From contig ABCO01000002.1 in assembly GCA_000170815.1 (NCBI GenBank), forward strand, positions 292,810 to 324,809: DNA of 32,000 nucleotides. The letters run 5' to 3'. This stretch comes from an unidentified eubacterium SCB49 (lineage in GTDB: Bacteria; Bacteroidota; Bacteroidia; Flavobacteriales; Flavobacteriaceae). The position numbers and the translations under genes are program-made. Below the pieces are notes generated by a model. That model was not told where the DNA came from. It worked only from the letters and a program-made list of their open reading frames with translations, and made no database searches. Of this stretch, positions 6,704 to 13,753 are shown in pieces. Every line of letters starts with the position of its first letter. Position 1 is the first letter of the stretch.

Positions 6704-6897
6704 GCCAACAACGTATAAAAACAATAGGGCAATGAGTGTTTAACCCAATGGCAATGGTACATTTGCGAAGTCGCCAAATTTTTAAATTTGGCTTATTAAG
6801 AAAGAAGATAATAATAAAAAATAAAAATTAGGCTTGTGTTCAACCGAATAGTTTACGCTCTTTTTCAGCCCTACTATTCTTATACACAACCGTTAAC
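6704..6897 (+). repeat. T2-family attC-like repeat, copy D (long form)
   Basis: GCCAAC(6704-6709)..GTATAAA ... TACATTTG ... palindrome gccaaattt-tt-aaatttggc ... GGCTTGTGTTCAACC ... CTTATACA..GTTAAC(6892-6897). Confidence 0.7.
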
Positions 6898-6914
6898 CTT
6901 AATTAAACATTCTT

Positions 6915-7301
6915 ATGAATAAAATATTCACATTAGTATTTGCCTTTTTAGGTTTTACTTGTATTGCTCAAAATTGTAATAACGTAAAAACAGGAACATA
7001 TGTAATTAAAAATGAAGACTATGGTGGCTCACAGTTAATTCGTACAGAATCTTCCCAAGAAGAAATAGTTGAAAAACTAGGAATACATAGTAAATTTGAT
7101 TTAATATGGATAGATGAGTGCAACTATGTTCTTTTTAATAAAAGTGTCATAAAAAAAGGAAACTATGATTTTCCAGAATCTAAAAAGACTGACTCACTAT
7201 TTATTGAGATAACTGATATAATTTCAAATGGATATAAGTTTCGAGCTAGGTCTAATTTTTCGGATTTTGTAACCACCGGAATTGCCGAAAACAAAAGTTA
7301 G
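6915..7301 (+). CDS. Hypothetical secreted protein
   Basis: 128 aa with signal peptide MNKIFTLVFAFLGFTCIAQ. Confidence 0.7.
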   Translation: MNKIFTLVFAFLGFTCIAQNCNNVKTGTYVIKNEDYGGSQLIRTESSQEEIVEKLGIHSKFDLIWIDECNYVLFNKSVIKKGNYDFPESKKTDSLFIEITDIISNGYKFRARSNFSDFVTTGIAENKS

Positions 7302-7340
7302 TTGCTCGTTTGCAAGTTCGACAAGTTTATACATTTGGTT
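7298..7340 (+). repeat. Degenerate T2-like remnant (AGTTGCT ... TACATTTGG module only), overlapping the stop codon of the preceding ORF
   Basis: ttagttgct (7298-7306), a TTTG at 7309-7312, a 17-nt spacer, then TACATTTG at 7330-7337. This resembles the promoter-like 5' module of T2 copies. No clear R'/L' boxes follow. Confidence 0.35.
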
Positions 7341-7501
7341 TTTAGAACAAAAAAGATAAAGCATAATAAACGATTCGTCTAAGTATTAATCTAAATCTAA
7401 CTTCCGTACTAAACTAAGCCTTTACTTTGTATACATTTTTCCAAACCGCAAAATTGAAGTTACCTCAAAGACATATCAAGAAAATAAAATGGACGACTCG
7501 A

Positions 7502-7789
7502 ATGGCGGTTGCAAGTTTAACTATTTTAATTTTTACTCTTTTAGTAAATGAATTTAGAGAACCATTACTCGGAATAAAAAAAGGTTATGCACCACATAAT
7601 TTTAGTTTTAACATTATGTTTTTTCTTCCATCAATGTTAGCTGCTGTAGGCTTTGGATTTGCTGTAATTGGACGAACAATAAAGCACTGGAAAACTTGGA
7701 CTGATTTAAATAAAAAATGGACATTGATCATATTGTCAATCCCTGCAATCGGATATTGGACTTTTATTTTAATCAGAATATTTATATGA
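7502..7789 (+). CDS. Small hypothetical membrane protein (3 TM); an alternative TTG start at 7427 is possible
   Basis: The ORF is open from 7427 (TTG) and the first ATG is at 7502 (MAVASLTILIFTLL...). Three hydrophobic segments. Confidence 0.5.
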   Translation: MAVASLTILIFTLLVNEFREPLLGIKKGYAPHNFSFNIMFFLPSMLAAVGFGFAVIGRTIKHWKTWTDLNKKWTLIILSIPAIGYWTFILIRIFI

Positions 7790-7890
7790 ATCAAAAGTAA
7801 CCTATTGTTATGATGATATGGACATCAATTTAAGAATAGAAATATAGGCGCGATAGGGTTTGTGTTTTTAATGATATTCAGAATAAAACG

Positions 7891-8027
7891 TGTAACATCA
7901 CCTAATATAATTCATTGCTAGGTTCTCCACCACTCACAAATCCTGATAGCTATCGGGATTCTTAGATTTTCCATTCGGTTTTTATTTGCTAAATTAGTTG
8001 CTTAACCTTACAAAAACACCTTGTAAC
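7891..8027 (+). repeat. T1-family attC-like repeat, copy e (with palindrome insertion, diverged 3' boxes)
   Basis: TGTAAC(7891-7896)..ATATAAT ... atcctgatagctatcgggat (7940-7959) ... ctaaattagttgcttaacc ... the 3' end has diverged (ACAAAAACACCTTGTAAC). Confidence 0.6.
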
Positions 8028-8042
8028 ACATTAGTCAATACT

Positions 8043-8543
8043 ATGGGCATCTTCGATTTATTCAAGAAAAAAATAGAACCAAAGATTGCAGAAAAGCAAA
8101 TTGTGGAAAAAGAACCGTATGAGAAAATTATGGAAATTGATGAACGCCTTAACAAAATTTCAGATTACGGAAATAATTTATCTACATTGAATACCTCTCA
8201 ACAAGTCGTTTTAATTATTGAAAATCTTGAGCGCGAAATAAACAATGGAGGGTTTAATCTGTTTTATTCAAATTCAAGTGGTAATCACGCACACATAACT
8301 GTTGAGTATCTAAAAAAAATAGGAGCTGATAAAACAGCTGAATTAGTTGAAAAAGCAAATCTCGAATGGCCAAATAATAATGTGCCAAAAGATAGAACTG
8401 AAAGACAAGCGATACTTAAAAAAATAGAACATAAAGCTGATCAAGTTTGGGAAGACTGCGGCCAACTTTTTTATAAATATGAAGACGATATTCCATATTT
8501 ATTAATGAAGTTTGTAAACGCAAACCGAACAGACTTTGAGTAA
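8043..8543 (+). CDS. DMP19/DUF4375-like protein
   Basis: The ATG at 8043 gives MGIFDLFKKK.... The motif EINNGGFNLFYSNSSGNHA...YLKKIGADKTAELVEKA resembles the DMP19 C-terminal (DUF4375) family. The track start at 7998 lies in repeat T1-e. Confidence 0.55.
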   Translation: MGIFDLFKKKIEPKIAEKQIVEKEPYEKIMEIDERLNKISDYGNNLSTLNTSQQVVLIIENLEREINNGGFNLFYSNSSGNHAHITVEYLKKIGADKTAELVEKANLEWPNNNVPKDRTERQAILKKIEHKADQVWEDCGQLFYKYEDDIPYLLMKFVNANRTDFE

Positions 8544-8721
8544 ATAAACATTTTATAAAAACGCATTTAAGCAATGCAGGAGTTTGTACGTCATTAAAAG
8601 TTCGGCTATATTTGAAAGACCGCCTAATTTTCACAATTTCAAATTATTACCAAAAAATTAATCGGAATTTGTAAAAATCAGCTCGTGCTCAACCACACTA
8701 CTCATATACAAGATCGTTGTG
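8544..8721 (+). repeat. T2-family attC-like repeat, copy E (long form, degenerate 5' boxes)
   Basis: It has the same internal order as copies A, B and D: GAGTTTG..TATATTTGAAAGACCGCC..AATTT modules..AGCTCGTGCTCAACC..CATATACA..GTTGTG(8716-8721). Confidence 0.6.
8583..8614 (+). promoter_or_regulatory. Candidate Bacteroidetes sigma-A promoter embedded in repeat T2-E (-33 TTTG, 20-nt spacer, -7 TATATTTG)
   Basis: TTTG at 8583-8586 and TATATTTG at 8607-8614. Both consensus elements match perfectly and the spacing falls within the 19-21 nt reported for Bacteroidetes promoters. Confidence 0.45.
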
Positions 8722-8744
8722 TTTAATTTAACAATCAAGAAAAT

Positions 8745-10304
8745 TTGATTTTCATATTTATAATATTAGCCTTTATAATCGGATATTTCGTGATTAAATA
8801 TTGGGTTAAACTAATTAATTTCATTTTTAAGCCAATAGAAAAGGCTCTCTCAGAAAATCCAGAAAAAATTAAATCAAGACAAACAGAAATAGAAAAACAA
8901 GATTTTCATAACAATAATCCAAACAAATTTGATTTAATTGATTATCCAAAAGAAGACAGAAATAAATCTTTTTATTTTCACGAATACAATAAACCAAATG
9001 GTGAATGGATTGAAATTGATGAGCCAATTTGTAAAATCCGCATCGGAGAAATGAGTGGATTTATATTTAAATCAGCAAGTGTTATAGCTTCCAATTCTGG
9101 AATTTTAGAACACACTTTGACAAAAGGAGATTTGATTTCAAATGGTACTATTTTTTACAAACTTCATCAAAAAGGAGAATACAAGAATGAAAATTCAATA
9201 GAAAACTCTGAATTTAAAGTATATTTCAAAGGCCCAGATACTAAACACTCTTTTGAAAAATGGTTAATTGAAGATGGTTCCTTTGTAAAAGCTGGAGACC
9301 CAATCTTTCAATTCAAAGACTCTAAATATCGAAAACATATAAATCATTCAAAAAAGGCTGGCTTTATTCACCAAAACAATCCTAGAAAAGTTGGTCGTTT
9401 GAATGATAACGAATTAATGTACATTATTAGAGATAAAGATGAAGAAAGAATAAACGAACGCTTCATAAACAAACCTAACATTATTAAAGACGAGTTTAAT
9501 AATTCAACTATTATCAAATGGGAAAAAGTAAGTTCAAGATTTAAAATAAGTGAAGGAATTAAAACAAAATCCGACAATTTAATCACAGATTTTCTCTTCA
9601 GTTTTAACTTTATAAATAATAATGACCAAATTGTATTTCACTTTGATCCAAAACAAATAAAACCAAAACAATACGATAAAGTATTTTTCTTATTTGAAGA
9701 TGGTGAACAAATTCAGTTTGAACTAACTGAAAATCCAGTTTCATCAAAAAACCGTTTAAACGAAAAAATTTTAGAATATAAAGGTTTAATAACTAAAACG
9801 GAACTTGAATTATTTGCTAATTCTAACTTCAAAAAGTGGAAAATATCGTTGTTAAGTGATAAAAGAGAAATTTTAGGAGGAGATATTGGAGGAGATGACT
9901 TTTATCTAACACAAAACAATATTCAAATTGTAATCAAAAAATTTGTGTCAGAATATATTGATTTGGTTAATAATACAATCCCATACTATGAACCAACTGT
10001 ATTAAAACAAGTTAGACCCGAAAAAGAAACTACAACAGATTTTTGCTTTGTTTATCTAATGCACGATACGAGCAATGATTATTATAAAATTGGAATTTCA
10101 AATAGTCCAGAATACAGAGAAAGAACTTTACAAAGTGAAAAACCTACAATTGAAATGATTGCTTCAAAGAAATTCCCAATCAGAAAAATTGCTGAAAGTA
10201 TTGAAAAGACTTTGCACAGTGCTTATTCTGAGAAAAGACTAAGAGGAGAATGGTTTGAATTAAACGACAATGATATCGAACATATTAAAGAAACACTAAA
10301 ATAA
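8745..10304 (+). CDS. Large fusion protein: N-terminal TM helix, two lipoyl/biotinyl-like barrel-sandwich motifs, an unknown middle region and a C-terminal T5orf172/MUG113 (GIY-YIG superfamily) domain
   Basis: TTG start at 8745, with no in-frame ATG for ~100 codons. The C-terminus FVYLMHDTSNDYYKIGISNSPEYRERTLQSE...LRGEWFELNDNDIEHIKE matches the T5orf172 pattern (hYhh...hhKIG.s..P..R...L...GEWF.h). WLIEDGSFVKAGDPIFQFKD is lipoyl-domain-like. Confidence 0.65.
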   Translation: MIFIFIILAFIIGYFVIKYWVKLINFIFKPIEKALSENPEKIKSRQTEIEKQDFHNNNPNKFDLIDYPKEDRNKSFYFHEYNKPNGEWIEIDEPICKIRIGEMSGFIFKSASVIASNSGILEHTLTKGDLISNGTIFYKLHQKGEYKNENSIENSEFKVYFKGPDTKHSFEKWLIEDGSFVKAGDPIFQFKDSKYRKHINHSKKAGFIHQNNPRKVGRLNDNELMYIIRDKDEERINERFINKPNIIKDEFNNSTIIKWEKVSSRFKISEGIKTKSDNLITDFLFSFNFINNNDQIVFHFDPKQIKPKQYDKVFFLFEDGEQIQFELTENPVSSKNRLNEKILEYKGLITKTELELFANSNFKKWKISLLSDKREILGGDIGGDDFYLTQNNIQIVIKKFVSEYIDLVNNTIPYYEPTVLKQVRPEKETTTDFCFVYLMHDTSNDYYKIGISNSPEYRERTLQSEKPTIEMIASKKFPIRKIAESIEKTLHSAYSEKRLRGEWFELNDNDIEHIKETLK

Positions 10305-10312
10305 AAAATAAG

Positions 10313-10441
10313 CTCAACAATGATTATAAGTAATTGCTCGCTCTCGCCTACTTCTGTAAATCTGTTAGGATTTTTAGTTTGGCGTGTACTTACAAAGTTG
10401 ACCACTATCCTACGCAACTACTCATACACAAAATCTTTGGC
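10313..10441 (+). repeat. T1-family attC-like repeat, copy f (diverged)
   Basis: CTCAAC(10313-10318)..GATTATAAGTAATTGCTCGCTCTCGCCTAC ... central stem aaatc-N6-gattt (10358-10373) ... side stem gttg-N14-caac ... CATACAC..TTTGGC(10436-10441). Confidence 0.6.
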
Positions 10442-10465
10442 AGTAATTCGTAACACTAAAAAAGT

Positions 10466-10930
10466 ATGATCATTAAATCTGAAAGTAGAAAAAGTATTAA
10501 AATTGCTTTTGTTGTAATTTCAGCATTTATATTTTTTATTCTATGGCTAGTTAAGGATAATTCATTTTACATCTTTTTAACGGGCATTTTCGGATTTATA
10601 TCATTATTAGAATACGTTGCATACGGACAAACCATACTTGAACTGACAGCTACTGAGTTAAAAGTGCAACGGAAAGTAATGTTGAATATTATTAGTGAAG
10701 ATTTTACAATTGAATTAAAAAACATACAATCGTCTTTTTATGACAAAAAAACATACGATTCGTGGGAACTCTACCAAAGATTGGCTTGGGAGTTACTCTT
10801 CCCTGGTGGACAAAGTCATTTAGTGATACATAAACTTGATGGAAAAAAACACAAGATTATTTTTAATGGAAATGAAACTGAATTATTAAATTTACAGAAA
10901 GAGCTACCAAAAAGAATACCTAATTATTAA
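10466..10930 (+). CDS. Hypothetical membrane protein (2 TM plus a PH-like C-terminal domain), first gene of a two-gene cassette
   Basis: 154 aa with two adjacent TM helices followed by a soluble domain. It lies 8 nt upstream of the bPH-domain gene with no repeat between them. Confidence 0.6.
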   Translation: MIIKSESRKSIKIAFVVISAFIFFILWLVKDNSFYIFLTGIFGFISLLEYVAYGQTILELTATELKVQRKVMLNIISEDFTIELKNIQSSFYDKKTYDSWELYQRLAWELLFPGGQSHLVIHKLDGKKHKIIFNGNETELLNLQKELPKRIPNY

Positions 10931-10938
10931 AAAAACGA

Positions 10939-11487
10939 ATGAAGGGTAACATACAGTCAGATTTAAGACAACATTTAGGCAACAATGAAACTTTGCTTTG
11001 GACAGGGCAACCCAAAAAAGGAATCGTGTTTAGAACAGCCGATATATTTCTAATACCTTTCAGTATTCTTTGGTGTGGATTTGCCATTTTTTGGGTAATT
11101 GGAGCCTCTCAAGCTGGAGGAATATTTGGATTATTTGGTATTCCATTTGTAATTATCGGATTGATATTTGTATTTGGTAGGTTTATAATTGATTCAAAGC
11201 AACGTGAAAACACATTGTACGGATTAACTGAAGACAGAATAATTATAAAAAGCGGAATATTTTCTAAAAACGTAAAATCGTTAAACATTAGAACTTTATC
11301 TGATATTGAATTCAACGAAAAAAAAGACGGAATTGGAACTATTTCAATTGGACCAAAAAATCCAATGATGATTTGGGGAAATGGAATGAATTGGTGGCCA
11401 GGAATGAAGGCTAATCCGCAACTTGATTTAATACCAGACGCTAGAAAGGTTTATAATCAAATCATTGAAATTCAGAAAAAAAGTTAA
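10939..11487 (+). CDS. Bacterial PH-domain (bPH_2/YdbS-YdbT-like) membrane protein
   Basis: ETLLWTGQPKKG...two TM helices...YGLTEDRIIIKSGIFSKNVKSLNIRTLSDIE is the typical bPH_2 (DUF304) architecture. Confidence 0.7.
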   Translation: MKGNIQSDLRQHLGNNETLLWTGQPKKGIVFRTADIFLIPFSILWCGFAIFWVIGASQAGGIFGLFGIPFVIIGLIFVFGRFIIDSKQRENTLYGLTEDRIIIKSGIFSKNVKSLNIRTLSDIEFNEKKDGIGTISIGPKNPMMIWGNGMNWWPGMKANPQLDLIPDARKVYNQIIEIQKKS

Positions 11488-11492
11488 CAAGT

Positions 11493-11582
11493 AGTAACCA
11501 TATATATCATTAATAGCTAGCTTTAGTCGCTTATAGCAACACAACCTCATCACATTATAAATAGAAGCCTTACGAGCAAGCT
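11493..11582 (+). repeat. T1-like repeat, copy g (short and degenerate; central part missing)
   Basis: AGTAAC..ATATATATCATTAATAGCTAGC aligns with T1 5' ends. The 3' part TCATCACATTATAAA...CAAGCT resembles the L'/R'/CAAGCTT end. Confidence 0.4.
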
Positions 11583-11607
11583 AAACAAATGTCACGCTGA
11601 AAGATAA

Positions 11608-12132
11608 ATGGATAAAACATATTACGCTGAAAAAGCACTTTATATTGGAGCTACTGGGATTATATGTGCTTTTTGTTTTTTTGCACCAACCCTCTTCACA
11701 TTTAAAAGTTCATTAATTAAACAGAGCGGAACTGTTGAAAATTTAAAAACTGACTATATTCAAGTAGAGAGTTCAAGAGGTTCAAAAAGTATTAAATCTG
11801 AACTAAAATTTACTCTTAATTCAACTCAAAGTATTTATGTTCTAATGAAGAATATTGAACAAAGTAGGTTCAACGAAAGATTTGAAGATTTAGAGAAACA
11901 ATTAAGAAATTCTGAAAGAGCAACAGTCTGGATAAAGGAAAGCCAAAAAGAAGAATATAAACCAACTGTTTTTCAAATAGCTGACAGTAGCGGAAAGATC
12001 ATTTATGATTTTGAAGAAGCTAAAAATCATTCCAGATTCGGGTTTTTAGTTTCTTTTGCCTTAGGCATTTTTACAATCGGAATTTGGTTGAGACATAAAT
12101 ACTGGAAAAAGCCAGCTCACAACAATCCATAA
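11608..12132 (+). CDS. Hypothetical membrane protein (N- and C-terminal TM helices)
   Basis: 174-aa ORF with an ATG start and hydrophobic segments at both ends. Confidence 0.6.
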   Translation: MDKTYYAEKALYIGATGIICAFCFFAPTLFTFKSSLIKQSGTVENLKTDYIQVESSRGSKSIKSELKFTLNSTQSIYVLMKNIEQSRFNERFEDLEKQLRNSERATVWIKESQKEEYKPTVFQIADSSGKIIYDFEEAKNHSRFGFLVSFALGIFTIGIWLRHKYWKKPAHNNP

Positions 12133-12133
12133 A

Positions 12134-12298
12134 TTTAACAATTAGGCTGTTGTTTAACCTAAATATAATCTACACATTAAGAGCCATCTACATATTCATA
12201 AGTAGAAAAACAAATAACCAGGCAACCTTTTCATAAATATTCACGTCTATTAAGATAAGGGATAAATCATCATTTATTCTCAAACGCATACCATTGAT
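12134..12298 (+). repeat. Strongly degenerate T2-like intergenic element
   Basis: TTTAAC..AGGCTGTTGTTTAACC resembles the T2 5' part (GGGCAGTTGCTTAA / GAGTGTTTAACCC). The 3' CGCATACC-ATTGAT is a weak L'/R' analogue. Confidence 0.3.
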
Positions 12299-12321
12299 AA
12301 ATTCAAACAAAAAATGTGATT

Positions 12322-13527
12322 ATGAAATTAACCAAACTACTATGCTCTCTTATTGTACTTACTTTATTAAACAGTTGTGCATCTTCAAAAATAAATAAAA
12401 CCTTAAAGCAAGGAAGTATCGTTCAAGAAGACTTTAAAACGACTATCCCATTTGAATACCGTCATGGACTTATTATCCTTAAAGTAACTATTGAAAATGA
12501 AATATATGACTTTATTTTAGACACTGGAGCTTCTAATGCACTTTCAAAAGAATTAGCAGAGAAACTTAACGTTACGTCTTTAGGTAGCGAAAATATAACT
12601 GATGTTCACAAAACTAGTCAACAACTTAACTATACAAAAATAGACGATATTGAAATAGGAGGTATTCATTTTAAGAATACTATTGCAGCTATATCAGATT
12701 TTAATAGTGGAGAACTTGCCTGTTTAAATGTTGATGGTTTTATTGGTTCTAATTTAATGCGATTTGCGGTATGGGATTTCGATTTTAAAAATCAGATAAT
12801 TACCATAACAGATGATGAACAAAAATTAAATATTCCAACAGACGCTATAGAATCAAAAATGTTTATTGGTACAGCAGCTAGTCAACCATCTATTATTAGC
12901 TATATAAATGGTGATAAGGCATTAAATAATATGATTGATTTAGGAAACAATTCTACACCACATTTATCGTATTTAGATTTTGTAAAACAAAAAGAATCTA
13001 ATAAAATCACGAAGTATATATTAGGTTCTGGATATTCTACTATTGGTATGTATGGAAAGGGGAAAAAGAGAGACGAGATATCTGCTAAAGTAGACGAGAT
13101 AAAAATAGGTGATCATATTATAAAAAATAAAGTGATGAGGGTGAAAGATGGTAAAACAAACCTCGGAATTTCATTTTTTAAAAATTATAGATTAATTTTA
13201 AACTGGGAAGCACGAAAGGTGAAAATGATTCAAGAAGGTGATACTAATAATACAACATTAAATCATTTTGGGTTTATACCTAGTTTTAATGGAAATAAAG
13301 TAGTTGTAGATTTTATATATAATGATACTGCTGCATCAAAAGTGTTACAATTTGGAGATCAAGTATTACAGATTAATACTATTGATTTTACAAACATTAC
13401 TGATAACAATAAATGTGATTTTTTTGACAATGGTATTATACCAAAAGAAGTTGATGAAATAACCATTAAAATATTACGTAATGGTGAAACATTAGAATTT
13501 CAGCTAAAAAAAACGTTGTTACTTTAA
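12322..13527 (+). CDS. Lipoprotein with a retropepsin-like aspartyl protease domain and a C-terminal PDZ-like domain
   Basis: The ATG at 12322 gives MKLTKLLCSLIVLTLLNSCASS (lipobox). FILDTGASNALS is the D-T/S-G-A aspartic protease motif, and LQFGDQVLQINTIDF is PDZ-like. Confidence 0.7.
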   Translation: MKLTKLLCSLIVLTLLNSCASSKINKTLKQGSIVQEDFKTTIPFEYRHGLIILKVTIENEIYDFILDTGASNALSKELAEKLNVTSLGSENITDVHKTSQQLNYTKIDDIEIGGIHFKNTIAAISDFNSGELACLNVDGFIGSNLMRFAVWDFDFKNQIITITDDEQKLNIPTDAIESKMFIGTAASQPSIISYINGDKALNNMIDLGNNSTPHLSYLDFVKQKESNKITKYILGSGYSTIGMYGKGKKRDEISAKVDEIKIGDHIIKNKVMRVKDGKTNLGISFFKNYRLILNWEARKVKMIQEGDTNNTTLNHFGFIPSFNGNKVVVDFIYNDTAASKVLQFGDQVLQINTIDFTNITDNNKCDFFDNGIIPKEVDEITIKILRNGETLEFQLKKTLLL

Positions 13528-13570
13528 ACAAAACGAACTTAAGAAAAGAGTAGAAAACCAAAAGCTCGCA

Positions 13571-13737
13571 CACAACATTGTATATAAAAAAAATAGCGTT
13601 AGTCTTTGCTAATACCTTAATCTGGGAACATCTGGAGAGTTGCTAAATTTTAAAATTTGGCTCAGTGTTCCATCCCAAAAGAAACCGCTAATTTTTAGCG
13701 CTACTTTTTATATACAAATCCGTGATACATTTGAAAA
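13571..13737 (+). repeat. T2-family attC-like repeat, copy F (last element of the array)
   Basis: CACAAC(13571-13576)..GTATATA ... GAGTTGCTAAATTTTAAAATTTGGCTCAGTGTTCC ... hairpin cgctaa-ttt-ttagcg ... GCTACTTTTTATATACA..GTGATA(13732-13737). The 3' 50 nt are close to copy C. Confidence 0.65.
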
Positions 13738-13753
13738 AAATATGAGTTACTCT

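Larger units (their letters stand above)
443..13737 (+). other. Integron-like gene-cassette array: ~14 co-oriented cassettes, each ending in an attC-like structured repeat (T1 or T2 family). No recombinase gene in the window.
   Basis: All ORFs are on the plus strand. A repeat with terminal inverted boxes (xxCAAC..GTATATA / CATATAC..GTTGCC) sits in nearly every intergenic gap. Stop-to-repeat gaps are 1-44 nt and repeat-to-start gaps 9-36 nt. Cargo is mostly small hypothetical proteins plus a TA module. Confidence 0.6.

Noticed and set aside
443-13737. The regularly spaced repeats could be a CRISPR array.
   Set aside because: The repeats are 112-215 bp, imperfect, and 0.4-1.6 kb apart, with protein-coding ORFs between them. 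CRISPR repeats are 24-48 bp and near-identical, with 25-70 bp spacers.
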